The notes beneath the pieces are model-generated. The model ran no database searches and was not told where the DNA came from. It saw nothing but the letters and a program-made list of their open reading frames with translations. Below are positions 36,827 through 50,413 of a DNA stretch of 64,000 nucleotides, piece by piece; position 1 is the first letter of the stretch; the number at the start of each line of letters is the position of its first letter. A program made the translations under genes and the position numbers. The DNA lies in NCBI GenBank assembly GCA_965645245.1, contig OZ287075.1:1860001-1924000 (forward strand), in the 5' to 3' direction. This DNA is from Massalongia carnosa (Eukaryota).

Positions 36827-39800
36827 ATGGCGATCAATGCGACAGTCAAGTCAGAACATAAAGCGACCTTGGACAAAGCCAGAATATCACCCACCAAGAA
36901 GAATGCAGCAGAACGGGCGGTGGAAGAAAGCAACAGACAAAAAGAACTTTATTTCAAAGCCACTCATACTCTGTTAATTGCGTTTCTGCTGTGGATCTTG
37001 TATGTTAATCTCAATGGCTGATGAATCTCCCTGATGGAATGCTTCTAGCTTTCTTCAAGGAATTGGCATTTATTTCTTCACCAAAGGCTTTCTTCTGACA
37101 CGATTGGTCCTTGATAACAAATCCCAATGCAGCTCTTCCCCTTTGAGCCTTCACAACCACAGCCCCGGATCGTACCTGGAGGGATGCTGGCATCCGAAGA
37201 CGTTCGAAAAAGCCGTAATTATCATCATAGATGCCCTGCGCTATGACTTCACTGTTCCTTACTATGACGATGACTCGCAGCATTTCCACAATGCGCTCAC
37301 TGCACTTTATGAGACCACCGTTCACAACCCTCGCAACGCCTTTCTTCTCCCCTTTATAGCTGATCCTCCGACCACGACCCTGCAACGACTCAAAGGTCTG
37401 ACAACTGGGACGTTACCAACCTTCATTGACGCGGGGTCGAACTTTGCGGGAACGGCGATTGAAGAGGACAATTTGATCGCCCAATTGCGCGATGCGGGCA
37501 AGACTCTAGTCCATCTTGGAGACGATACATGGCACGCTCTATTTCCTGGGTATTTCGATGCGAACCTCACGCATGCTTACGATTCTTTTAATGTGTGGGA
37601 TCTACATACAGTGGACGATGGCGTGACAGAACATATTTTCCCACTTTTGGACGCTTCAGAACCTCCAAAGTGGGATGTGATTTTCGGTCACTATTTGGGA
37701 GTTGACCACGCGGGCCATCAGTATGGACCGAATCATCCGGCTATGACAGCGAAACTGAAGCAAATGGACAAAGTAATCCGGGAAGTGATCACTTCAATTG
37801 CTGAGGATACCCTATTGGTGGTGATGGGTGATCATGGCATGGATTCAAAGGGAGACCATGGTGGAGAGTCGGACGATGAAGTTGAAGCAGCACTTTGGAT
37901 GTATTCCAAAAAGGGCATCTTCGGTCGCGAACAAGAACGTTTCATTGAACCGCCAAGAAGGGCCAAGGAGCGTTCAGTGGCGCAGATCGATCTGGTTCCA
38001 TCCCTTTCACTTCTCTTAGGGCTACCCATTCCGTTCAACAATGTTGGATCTCCCATATCAGAAGCCTTCGTGGGTCCAGGTCGTCCGAATTGGCGAAACT
38101 TGGCGTCCGTGAACGCTTTAGCCGCCGCTCAAATCCAACGATATCAAAAGGAATACTCTGTTGCTAGAAGCCAAGACACACGGCTGTTTTCAGCTCCTTT
38201 GGCTTTGTGGGAATACGCGCTGCACGCTTGGGACAAAGTGGATCAAAAATCGGACGATGCCGATCAGTTCAAGAGCTCCTATGCTGCGTTTTCTGAATAT
38301 CAAAGGGAAACGCTCCGTATTTTCAAAAGTCTATGGGCTATATTTGATATACCCAGCATGCTGCAAGGTATTGGGATCTTGATGTCTACTGCTGTAATAT
38401 TAGCAATCTATGCGAGATCAACCGTACACAGCAGAGCTCAGTTTGTTCCTGTATATCTACGGCAAATCGGCATTTTTAGCGTCGTGGGTGCAGCTGTTGC
38501 CGGCGTACTCACAGGTGCTCTTGATAGTGCTGTGCTAAATTCTTGCCTTCTTGGCTTCGCTGCTGGCGGCATCGCCGGTTTTTCGTTGGCTGCAGCTCAA
38601 ATGCCACAGCGCTTCAGCATTCCAATACCTAGTACAACTTGGGGTTGGCTCGCCGTTATATTTACCGTCAGCCAGGCCATAGGCTTTGCCTCCAACTCGT
38701 ACACCATTTGGGAAGACGAGATTTTGCTATTCTTTCTTGGCACCTTTGCCGTTACCGGTCTAACGAGCTCTATGCGCCAGACTCTTTTCACTAACAGGGT
38801 ACTTGGTAGCACTCAATCCGCAGTATTCCTACTGCTTACGCGCCTTGCTTCAATGTCCCGCCTCTGTCGAGAGGAGCAAATGCCATACTGCAGGTCAACA
38901 TACTATGCCTCTTCCACCTCCTCAACATCCGCTGCCTGGCAGGTACTGATTCCCTTAGCAGTAGCGCTCTTCCTCCCAAGCTTCATCAAATCATATTATC
39001 ATTGGACAAGATCTTACGAAGGCTCCGCAATTTTTTGGATTGGGTTTGCCTTTCGAATTGGCCTGCTGGGATCCGCCGTTTTCTGGACAATTGACACTGT
39101 TGAATCTAATGGCTGGATCAACATCGATCCCGATTTCTTAAGGACCTCAAAAACCGTTATCGCTCAGCTGGTACTCGCAATTGCATTCGCTGCCGGGACC
39201 ACGACTTTTATATGGGCAAAACCATGCGTCAGTATAAAAGTACCATCCACCGCAAAGCGAAAACCCGAAGCCCACTCCCCCCTAAACCCCAAAGCCGTCA
39301 CCGTTTTCGGCTATGCAAACATACACGGCTCACGCTATTTCCTCCTCGTTATCAACTGGGCCCTCGCCATCACGGTCCTGCAGAAACCTATGGGTACCGG
39401 CGCCATCGCTATTCTGACGCTGCAAATTCTCGCCCTTGTCGAAATCCTCGACGCAAACGACCTCTCCCGGAGTGCTATCGGGCCCATTGTGCTCGGTCTG
39501 CTGGGTAACTTCCACTTCTTCAAGACAGGCCATCAGGCCACGCTGTCCAGCATTCAGTGGGAGTCGGCCTTCATCCCCCTCAAGACCATCATTTACCCGT
39601 GGTCCCCGCTCTTTATCATGCTCAATACATTCGGCGCGCAAATCCTCACCACCGTCGCCGTCCCGCTCGTCGCGCTATGGAAACAGCCGCCGAAGAAACG
39701 CGGCTTGCTGGCCGACGTCGCCAGCGCCGTCGCCACCTATGGGCTTTACCATGCCGTGCTCAGCCTCGCAACGGCTATGTGGGCCGGCTGGCTCCGCAGG

Positions 39801-39947
39801 CATCTCATGCTGTACCGCATCTTTAGCCCGCGCTTCTTGACGGGGGCGGCGGTGCTGGCGGTTGTGGATCTCGTGGGGGCGCTGGTGGCGCTAGGGGGCG
39901 TGCGGTGGAACTTCCTCAGCGTCGCCGAGGTTTTCGGGTGGGAGTGA
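36827..39947 (+). CDS. GPI13: GPI ethanolamine phosphate transferase 3 (PIG-O); intron 37000-37048
   Basis: GIYFFTKGFLLTRL, IIDALRYDF, ADPPTTTLQRLKGLTTGTLPTFIDAGSNF, GHYLGVDHAGH, MGDHGMD, FFKTGHQATLSSIQW, RRHLMLYRIFSPRF. Confidence 0.95.
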
Positions 39948-41003
39948 TGCTAATTGCATTGATTGTTTTGCGTTTTTCAGCGTCGGCGTTGATGTATGAG
40001 GATTTTAACTTCCGGGTTTTTAGTTATTATTTCATGGTTTTGGGTTCTTTGGAAAAGTTAGAGAATTTAACGTCGCATTTCCATTTCGCGCATATCCTTC
40101 CATCTCATCTCGACCAACTACTGTGCCTCCCCGCCTTCAACGGAAACGGAAACTGGAACGAAACTGGAAAATCACGCGAACAAGGAATCCAACTTGGAGA
40201 AATCCATTCCTTTTTCTCTCCTCTTTCACTCTTCCCGATTCCCTTCTTAATCCCCTCCCCGATTCCCTCCCTCCCAAAAAAACCAAGTATCCAGATGAGA
40301 TCCTCACCATCCTTCTCCCACCTCCAGCCCCCCTTACCTCTTCAAATCCCCCCTCCCCCAAAAAATCCCCTCATCCACTCGTTCCTATCTTCCATCTTCC
40401 GTCTCCCATCTTTATACGTTATGCATGTATATATATATATATGTATGTGTGTATGTACGCATCGCTTCGCGCCCTATACAGCATGCAGGAGGTGGAGAAT
40501 GGGGAAAGGGGAAAAGGGAATAGGGAGGGGGGAGGGGGGGGATGTGAGGGATGGAGATTGCGGATTTGGTTGTGTTTACCCGTGTGAGGAATTCCTGAAT
40601 GGCGCTGGCGCTTGTTGTCTTGCTGAAGTAACTCATTACCAGGCGAAGGGGAAGGGCAAGGGGTGGGTTTGTCCACTACTTCTAAAGTGGAGACCTGGAA
40701 GTAGGTGGGAAATGAAAGCTTGAAGAAGTCTTTTGGTTTATTCTATCTATTCTATGCTATACAAAACGTGCTGGTTAATTCCTGGCAAGCCAGATCACTC
40801 AAAATGTCTTATCTTGCCAAAAAGATGAAAAATCCATCAATCGATGCCGTTGTGCAACGAGAGCGGAACACCACACGGCCCCAAATTTTCACCCAGCCAC
40901 GCTTTTGCGGAAACAAGATATGCGGAAAAGATCTTCCATCGATGTAGAGACCGAAGGGATGCAAGGATAATGTTCTATTTTAGAAGCGAAAAATGAAGGA
41001 CAA

Positions 41004-41554
41004 TCATGCGGTGGCAGGCGGGAGTCTTCCAAAGCACAAATTTAGTCTCAGTCCATATTGGGAGAATCCAAAGGGTTGCAGAGAACTTACGTTACGGTGT
41101 AATCGTATTCGCCGACCTGGGTGACGGCGATAGGATTCGCGACGGGATTCGCGCATTTGCGGGCGCAATAAGACAAAAGATAGATGTCTCGGTCCGGACT
41201 GTGGCAGGTGGTGACGACTTTTGTCAAGTCCAACCGTTTCCTGTTTCGTGCGTTGCCAGCGCAGTCGTCGAAGAACACGTAGGATCGAGGTTCGAGGACT
41301 CTTTTGCCGAGGCTTGGAGAATCCGGGGGGCAAGAAGCGCCGAAGGTGAGGACTCCGTTGAGCACGCAAATTAGGCCAGTCTCGGGGATGACGGGACAGG
41401 CAGCGGGATCTGTTTGGGGCTTGCCATCCACGTAGCATACTGTTCCTGGCGGTACAGGTGCGCCATTAGTGCTTACGTCACGAGTGGTAGGATGAAGGGG
41501 AACGGCGACTGCAAAGGTGGCGAAGAGCGCGATAGAGAGGTAGGGAGTATGCAT
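41004..41554 (-). CDS. Small secreted Cys-rich protein (~161 aa, 8 Cys) with an internal repeat and KR sites; probable intron 41090-41026
   Basis: Signal peptide MHTPYLSIALFATFAVA; repeats PVPPGTVCYVDGKPQTDPAAC / PVIPETGLICVLNGVLTFGASC; LGKR; second 4-Cys region; gtaagt..ctaa..ag intron adds TLPPATA*. Confidence 0.75.
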
Positions 41555-42007
41555 GTTGGATGGTATGCTGATGTTGGGTAAAGTTTTTGCGTAATCGAGT
41601 ATTATGGAATATATGCGAAGATATGAAAGTCTGCGGAATTCTATATAGTACTTTGAAAAGCACAAAGGAACACTTCTCTTAAGTATCTAGCTGGAGAGTT
41701 CTATGAAGAAAGGAGGAGAATGCTTAGCATGATGATCGCCAACGATGTGCATCAATAGCTATGAAGCAGCCGTCGTCATCGAGAGCGGTTGACAAGATCA
41801 ACAACATATCCGTAGGATGCATACGCTTAATGAATTAATTAAAAAAAATATATAAAAAAAAAGATCAACAAGCCGCGTCCAATTTACATCTAACGTCTTA
41901 CAAAACCGTTGCACACGGAATAGGTCCTTAAGTGATGGCGGTCTCTGAAAGGCGTCATTGGCCAAAGCTCTTTTCCAACGGCTCAGTTTCAAGACTAGGT
42001 TGCCTGG

Positions 42008-43253
42008 CACGCGCGTGACAGAAACAGGCGGACACCAAAATAAGCGAATATCATCAAATTTGAACTTACTACCATCTATAAAATAATTACCATCTAGTCA
42101 TCTTGCCATTCATGTCTAAAACATCATCTATTCTTTTAGGCATTGGTTCGATCCATTCATTGATCGTTTCCTGAGAAAGACTGACCCAACCCGCCTTAAT
42201 TGCAGCTATTGTGGTGTCATCATCCCAATGAGGTTGACGACCTACCCGTTGTTTGGGCACCTGCCAGCAATTTTCGATAGGAGAGAGATCAGGAGAACGA
42301 GGGCAGTTGAAGTAGTATTTTAGCCCATGCTCGTCCTTCCCCGATCCATGTCCTGAATCGCCATCTTCTTCCAACACGAAAATCGGGTCTGTTTCGAGCC
42401 ATGTTTTTACTACCGGTTCCAGAACGAAGTCAATATACACCATCTGACTCATCTTTCCATTCGAATTGCCGGGAACCTCATAAAAAATCAGCTTTGATTT
42501 GAAGTTCCACCCCACAGCAGCCCAACAATGATATCGTTTCTGTTTTTTGTCCTTCTCTTCAGGCTCATGTTGTTCCTGAATGCAATCCTGACACGTACGC
42601 TCGCCAGGTTTTCGAATGATGCGTAGTCTTCGTTGAGGTCCTCGTCCGAAATGAACTTCATCGGAAAAGCGAACTCTTTTCCAATCATTCAACGAGTATG
42701 TGTTTCGTTTGTTCCAAGCCCAGTCCTTTCGTGCAATCATCAAATCTTTCGGGACGTAGGTTTTTGTGCGTGCGAGACATTTACGATAGTTTCGTTCATG
42801 CATCGCTCGTTGTATAGTACGCCAGGAGACGGAGGAAGTCTCAGCAGCTGCACCCAGTTGATTCCAGGTCAGTGATCTTCCCTCCAAGCCAGGTTTGCAA
42901 TATTTCATCCATACGATCTACCTGCTTCTTTGACAATTTGCGAGGCTGACCACGAGTCTCCGATTTGTTTGTATGATCATGCCGTCGATTAGTTTCTTGA
43001 TCGTTGAGTATTTCATAACCTCGAGTATGTCCCACGCCGAAAAACTCGAAAACCTCTCGCTTTGAACGCAAAATCCCTTTCGCCTTGGTAGGAGTGGTAT
43101 GCTCAGTATTTATAGTGATTCGTGACTCTAGAACAGGCTCCATTGCTTATAAAGAATTGATAAATGTGTGTATGTACGATGTAAAAATTAAAAAACTAAG
43201 GTGTGGGTGGTGCGGGGAAATTTTGGTGTCCGCCTGTTTCTGTCACGCGCGTG
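42008..43253 (-). mobile_element. IS630/Tc1/mariner-type DNA transposon, 1246 bp, perfect 34-bp TIRs, flanked by CCTGG on both sides
   Basis: Left TIR 42008-42041 CACGCGCGTGACAGAAACAGGCGGACACCAAAAT is the reverse complement of 43220-43253; CCTGG at 42003-42007 and 43254-43258; internal DDE transposase. Confidence 0.93.
42087..43143 (-). pseudogene. Tc1-like DDE transposase, frameshifted near 42890 and probably internally deleted
   Basis: ORF 42841-43143 (N-terminal part) and ORF 42087-42908 are in different frames; catalytic motifs WKRVRFSDE, VLEEDGDSGH, SPDLSPIENCW. Confidence 0.88.
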
Positions 43254-45478
43254 CCTGGAAACACTGGAGAAGATGTGACGCACAGGCATGAACGGTTTAC
43301 CATCCCATAACGTCCCGGGCTTTCAGACTGTATCGGTATGGGATGAAACTCGTACCCTGTAGGTTGCAGCCCTTTTTCACCTCGGAATGCATTATCCTAT
43401 AAAGCCTCATGTTCAGTTTCCGACGCGAGACAGACATGAGACAGATTGAACGATCATTCTTGGCGCTGCGGCCACAGAAAGTCCGATAAGGGTGGGAAGA
43501 ATAGTTATTGTGTCTTCTTGTTGCGAATGCCAAGCCAGCTGGATCATATCTGACGTAATATGCGAATGCCTTCGCGTATTTTACTGATATGGGAATAGTT
43601 ACATCTGAGAATTTCTGGTATCTTCGAATTCAGGTCTATAGACATTCGAGGAGAATCTCGAATGTTCTGTGATCAATATGTATATAGCATCATTCCTACG
43701 CATAGCCTAGAGATTAGTCGCAATAATCTGAATTATTTCATTCACGGAAGTTCTGTACTATCCAGAGACTTCTGGCACTCTGCCACCTATTTTCTGTGCA
43801 TCGGGTCCATCATTCTCCATCCATCCCTCCTATTTCAAGCAGTGCTTGGACACGAATCTCATTTGGCTTGTTTAGGAGTATACCGTTTGGTTCGCCTTGA
43901 AGTTTTGAGTGGTTACCCAACGGAAAATGTCAGAATCTTGATTACATGAAAACCTTAGCTGAATGACCATGAGACATCCACAAGAGAGTAGAGCTGCTTT
44001 CTTCCCTCCAGCAATCGTAATTCTTCAACAACTCATTATTAATCGAGAATATAGGGGAGGGTATTAGTATTCCCATTTTGCTGACCATCTTAACCAGGGA
44101 GCCTGCCAAATCTCCGCGGAATTTATATTATACCAAGTCATCGATGATGCTAACAGGAGATGATGAGAGTAGGTTGACAATGACCTTACCACGACGGGTA
44201 GATACCATATGGTTTTCCCATGAATCCGGAGAATGACCTTTAAATGGGCACATACACAGATCTTGAGGCTGGTGAATGCCACATCCAATGTCTTGATGAC
44301 TAGACCTGGTGCAATCGGCTGAAAAGCTCAAGAACGCGACGAGGACGAGAATAAGGGCTCCCTTTACCCGGATACCTTGAAATACTCGTCCCGAGATAAA
44401 TGGGTAGATTATGATTCGTTGCATGTTACATAATATCGAAATTGCGGTGAAAATAGAACTCGAAGTTCAAGATCAGAGTAGTTTCGTCAGCTGGCGGTGC
44501 TAAGTAAGAATATGTCCAGTTATCGGCCACCAGATTCCAACGATAATGACACCATTCTCCATTACAAGGCAGCATGCTGCTCGATTGACCGCGCAGGTGG
44601 CATTAGAACCTTGGCCACACCAGTCTGTTTCATATTTAATCAGACGAGAACTTCCTAAATATTTTTCTAGTTCATGGGTTTTCCCTCACGGTAGCTCCGA
44701 GAACAAGCACCGTTGGATTGACCTCCTAAGACGGAGGGGGAACACCAAGACATTGCAAGTTGTACGTGCAAAATATCTGCATCTGAATATCCTCCCGTGG
44801 TCCTAGAGGGGAATAACGGTAACTTTGTCTTGTCAGGATAATGATGGTCTCTACCATAGTCAAACCGACGTTTCGGCTCACTATATATCATAATAGTGCA
44901 TTCCAGGCCCAACCCAATGAAATTGGAGAAAAGAGGTAAGAAAGGTTCACCAAGGTACAGGAATATCCAGTAACATTCATGTCAACAAAATAACGAATAG
45001 GACTTTTAAGCAACGCGTTGTCGTCCTATGTTGTAATTTTGCATGCATCTTTTCAATCCAACATACGTAGAAATTATATATAACTTAAAGAAGAGGTGCT
45101 TAGCAGCAACCCTTCTCTCCTAGCTTGATTGATAAATTTTCGTTGAGTACGAATTAGTGCTGCCAGGCATTAAGGCTCATGAAGATCCGAGAGAGATGGT
45201 ACCAGAGAAGCATGGAATTTGATGTAGTCATACGTATGCTTGACAACGGGTAGCTTTCCTGAAATTAAGCTAAACCAACGATCAAAGCTTCAAGGCTGAT
45301 TTAATACACATCGTCGTTGCTCAGGTCAGGTCCATTTGTATCAGAGATCGAAACGCAGCTGATACTTGAAAACAGGGTGCATCATTCCGCCCTACAGGGC
45401 TGGAGGGCTAGAAGATGCACGACACCGTTTCGTCAAATTTTCCCATTTTGACCCAGCATCTTTTTGAAGAGCTTCAAC

Positions 45479-47971
45479 ATGGCGGCAGAAGCCCCCGATC
45501 CCAAGACCCTTGGGTCATGGGAAGAAGCTTTTCAATATCCCGTCGCCACTGTGCGGGCGATGGAACGACAACTGCGCAGTGATATTGAGACGAATCGAGA
45601 ACGGTTAAGAACGCTGGTTGGGTATGATGCTTCGAATCTCCCTGAATAGGCTCTGTTTCGGTCTAATCAGCGAGATGAAATGTCTATATATTGCTGACAA
45701 TTCCGATCAGCGCGAGCTACCGCGACCTTCTCGGAACGGCGGAGTCAATCATCGAAATGAACAGCCATGTGCAACGGGTTGAAACGTACCTGGGGAATAT
45801 GGGCAAGAACTGTAATGCCAGGTTGCTAGAGAAGAAAGGACTGAACCTACATGCATGGAATACGTCGGTGAGGGCTACAGGTACATTTCGTTGATGGATT
45901 TACATTTGTTATGCATTAGGAGGGCTTATAGGGTCTGGCAGACACCGAACGCTTTGCTTTTGCATCTCATTTCGCCGTGCTTCGCAGCTGTGCGGATGTT
46001 CTACCAAAGCTGCTCCGAAACAAAATGAGTTTATTGCTGGCGGCCAAAGTGCTCGTCATCTCGAGACTCTTGCACACAAAGTTATCACAGCGCTCGAACC
46101 CTCCTCGGTACCTAGAAAGCTTGAGGACCCAGCTCGCTAGTCTTCGCCGAAAGTTGCTAGTAAAGATCGATCAGCGGTTTCAAAGTATCGATATTGCAGG
46201 GGAAACGCTGGTGGAGGCTATGTGCGCTTTCGTTCTTGCTACCAGTTCCTCTCCTACGGATGTTCTCAGGCATTTTCATCACGTTCGGTTGGAATCAATG
46301 GCGCATCGTGGACGCGATAATGACTATGCTGGTCAAGGCATGCACCGGGCACTGCAAATCTATATACATACGTTGAAGGACACCAACGCATATATTCCAG
46401 GGCAGCTTGCAGTTGCCTTACAGCTTCTTAAAAGTACACCACTATTCAAGAGTTTAGATGTACATTCTCTCCTTGATCTGAATCTTGACGTGCATGAACA
46501 ATGGGTCAGCGATGACATCAAGCTGTTCACGCCTTATATCCGACATGAGGATTTGCAGAGGTCGGAGGTTGCCCGAATACTAAAAGAATGGGCTAGGCGA
46601 GCATTTGGTTCTTTTATCGGAGAGTTGCGAGGTAATTTGCAGAGTATCAATGAAATTACAATTATAACAGAGCTTCGAACTCGACTTCTCAAGCTTTGGC
46701 TGTGCAACCCTCAGCGTAACGTCGGCATTGACGTATCAGAGGTTCTTGATGGTCTCCGCGATGTGTTCAATGCCCGGTTGACATGGCTTATCAAATCCCA
46801 GGCGATGGCTCTCCAAAAATTTGGTGAGGTCATTGAAGAGACGCTGGATAGTCTACAAAGCAGGGGCTCGAACTTTTCCGCCTCATTTTGGGCTTCGTCA
46901 ATGACATTGATGGAGATTACAGACGGGGGACGAACACTTATCAACACCCTCATTGATAGATCCAGAGGCAGAAATACACCGCTGCAGGTACGGTTGCTCG
47001 AGTATACAGCATGGCTTCAGCGTATCGAGGCTATTGAAGCAATTATCAAAGATATGCAAGGAGAAAGATGGGAGGAAGCAATTGACGACATTGAAGCGGA
47101 AGACGACTTGTTAGAAGATACGCAGGTCTTGCTTAGTGAAGACGATCCGCGTTTGTTACAGAGCGAACTTCGGGATTCCCTTGAAAAGTCGTTTTCTTCA
47201 TTCCAAGACCAGGTTCGGACGTGGGCCCAGGGGCTTGAGGGACCTGATCGGGGCCAAAAAGCTATTTATCTGTTGCGGCTTTGGAGAGAAATTCGGCAAA
47301 GCCTTCCTAGGAGCTTTCAGCATCTGGATCTTGGACTCGATTCGATACCTCCTTTGCACCAAATTGTTGCGATAACGGCAATTGCAGCTCCATGGCAAGC
47401 TTGTGAAAGGCGGATTCGGAAGCTGGTTAAGAATAACAAAATCTTAGGAAGACCCCTTTGGGAGGGTAATCCAGAACTGCCCGTCTTGCCGTCAGCTTGG
47501 GCCTTCAGACTGTTACACGAACTCGTCACATCCATGACGAGCCTCGGAAGTGACATATGGAGTCCCTTAGCAGCCGATGTGCTAAAACAGCAAATTCGAC
47601 GTTGTCTAGCATTACGGCTAGGGAAACTGACCGAGTCCATAAACCAGGTCAACGGTGGGACGAGTCATGAATTGCATGGAGAAGAGGATGATCCACAAGA
47701 ACTCCACGCAACTACCGTGAATGGCGAAATCCAAGGATCATCTTCAGATATGTTAGAATCCGACAGCGTAATACAACGCATCTTCGATCTCTTATACCTT
47801 GGCTATGCGACGGCTCAGAAACGAAATTCTGCTGGAGACGATCCGTTCCTCGCTCTTCGGCAATCTTTGGAAGCAGAAGTTGAGCTTTTGGAGGGGTCCA
47901 TGGAGCGGATGAGGAGAGACGCTGATGAATATTGGAAGCGGACTGCCCTCTTGTTTGCTTTGCTAGCATGA
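45479..47971 (+). CDS. COG1: Conserved oligomeric Golgi complex subunit 1 (Vps51/Vps67 family), 3 exons
   Basis: MAAEAPDPKTLGSWEEAFQYPVATVRAMERQLR..RERLRTLVG|ASYRDLLGTAESIIEM, LLAAKVLVISRLLH, LWEGNPELPVLPS, YWKRTALLFALLA. Confidence 0.85.
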
Positions 47972-48236
47972 TTAAATAGCCAAGCTTAACATAGAGAGTT
48001 ATACCTTGAATTACCGAATCGTTATACCTTATCGTTCAAGAGGATCTCTCTGCTCTTAAGCAAGGGTTACCTACTCCATATTAGTAATCTTAGGGCTAAC
48101 ATGATGACGTAATTGCGGCTTGCTGATCAAGAGCAATATGTATTTAGCCGAGGTTCCGCCATTACTTCTTATGAGAACTCCTTTAGTATTCATATTTTCC
48201 TTTCCCTTCGTTCTCGATGTTCAATTTAGTATAAGG

Positions 48237-49795
48237 ATGTCTCTCACACGCTTGAGCTTCCTCTATCCCCATCTATTTAAAGGCGCAAAAGCATACGAAT
48301 GCAGCCTTCCTCGTCGCCCTCCGCGCCGTGGGGGGAAACGTACGACAAAGTCGACATTTAGCACCTCCGCCCAACAACGGGAAGAAACATACGCGCAAAG
48401 GTATGGAACCGCTGCTGAACCCCAGCCACCTCCAATTTCGGCTTCAAAGGATCTGGAAGGGACGAAAACTCTTGCCACCAATATCGCGAACGAGGTGAAA
48501 GCTCCAGCGCCGAAACAAGAAGAGCGAAAGCCCAACTGCCCACCAGCAAAAAAGACCAGCGATGGCACTTTGAACACAAAAAAAACCGCTGAAACCCCTT
48601 CTGACTCTCGATTGTCTTCTCAAGATGCTTCCTCCAAGGGACGTAAGCATGGCGTCTATAACTCCGGCTTCAAAGAACCCATAATAAGCTCTGCGGCAAG
48701 AGAATCCCTAGGGAAATCGCTAGAAACTATTTTACATACGGAAGACCCCGCAGCTGTGAAGCAAGAAGAGCCAAAATCGCCGCATCTCCACGCCCGGCCA
48801 TATGTGCACCATTTCGACACCTACACGCTTGTGCAAGATCTTCAAAAAGGAGGCTTCACCGAAGATCAGAGTGTCACGCTTATGAAAGCCGTCCGAAGCC
48901 TCCTGGCTATAAACCTCGAGGTAGCAAGGCAAGAACTCGTGGCGAAGTCTGACGTTGAAAACGTATGCCGTCTTCCCCCATTTCGTTCAATCCCCCCCTA
49001 CCCCCCGCCCAAACGATATACACGCTCCACTAAACCCCCCAACTTCTGGATCCACAGGAAACATACCTCTTTCGCGCCGCCTGCTCAGAACTGCGCACGG
49101 AAATTCTGAACGCCCGTAAAGCGTCGACCTCCAAGATGGCCACCCAGCGCACCCATCTCCAGCACGAAGTCGACATCCTGTCGCAAAAAGCTTCACAGGA
49201 GAGCTTAGCGCTCAAAGACGATCTACGAGGGATGCTCAACGATCGCAAGATGGCCGTGCGCATGCAACACCAGGCGCGCGACAGCAAGATCCAAGAACTC
49301 AATTACAAAATAACGGTAGCGTTAAACAGCGATAGTAAGAGTGAGGTGGAGAGTTTGCGGTGGGTATTGACTAGGAGAGCGGCTATGGCAATTGCGGGCA
49401 TGGCTTGTGAGTTATATCCTGAACTCTAGATCCAACGTTTCTTTAAAAACGATTCTACCTCCCTTTCCTTTCCCTCCTAAATCAGAAACGTCCCGAAGCT
49501 AATCCCAACCCAAATAGTCCTCATCCTCAGCTCCCTCCGTTACTCCTCCTATAAGCTCCATGAACGCGAACTACAGCAACGACGCTCTCCTCCCCTTGTT
49601 CCCCCTTCTATCTCCACCTCATCTTCCTCAAATCCCCCCCCAGAAAGCGCGAGAAACCATACCGCCCCATCGCAAGACATGAGCACACAAACGGCTGGGG
49701 GGGGTCTCGATGCTGTGCTTGCTAGTGCGGAGGGTGGTGGTGGTGGCGTGGATGGGGTGGGAGGGGGAGGGGGAGAGTATGTTTCGCTTGGTTAA
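48237..49795 (+). CDS. Mitochondrial DUF1640 / CCDC90 (MCUR1/Fmp32-like) coiled-coil membrane protein; exons 48237-48962, 49058-49406, 49518-49795
   Basis: MSLTRLSFLYPHLF presequence, PYVHHFDTYTLVQDL..GFTEDQSVTLMKAVR, KSDVEN|ETYLFRAACSELRTEI, KIQELNYKITV, EVESLRWVLTRRA plus a TM helix. Confidence 0.85.
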
Positions 49796-50413
49796 GTGGG
49801 ATAGGTTCGTTAGTGTATTGGTGTTTTAGAGGAGTTGGAGGTATGGGGCTAGGAAGGAAGAAATTTATCCTTTACCTTTAAAGGCTAGGTAGGACATTGG
49901 GCTTGCATTGGAGGGAAATAGCATGTGAGTGCTTGTATAGCATACGGAAACCTGCCCATATATAGATAGGTAGGTATGGTTTTAGGTAGATACGGACGAA
50001 GATACCCACCCACCATTTCGTTTCATCCATCCCCTACTCATGGGTATCTACAGAGATCTTCCTCATTCCCTTCCTCCCTCTTTCCTTCACAGAATAAGCC
50101 CCCCAAGTTGGTAATCTTCAAAAACAATCTTACATACTCTCACAATTCCTTCCCCCCCTTAGTCCCCCTAACCCCCGGATTTCCTACCACCAGATCCAGG
50201 TTAGATAAAGAAAGGAGGGCGTAAGGCAAATAGTTCTACAGCTCACTCTTTCTTGGGAGATCCCAGCAATCCTAATTAAACAATTCCCCGCGTAGATAAG
50301 AATATGAAACACGAAGGTGGAAGAGGTGTATAATACGACGAGAACAGACCCACCTAGGGGTACTACTACATCCCCAGAAGCCTTGAACCCCCCCCCTGCC
50401 CCCCCTGATTTCC

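Noticed and set aside
40137..40950. Possible tiny spliced gene on the minus strand (MSYFSKTTSASAIQEFLTR...) and ORF 39905-40723
   Set aside because: Dominated by low-complexity and (TA)n sequence; no convincing exon chain
42889..42893. CCAGG at the transposase frameshift, a possible excision footprint
   Set aside because: A 5-mer occurs often by chance; cannot be judged without an intact copy
43260..45400. Short ORFs between the transposon and COG1
   Set aside because: No recognisable domains or splice-consistent model
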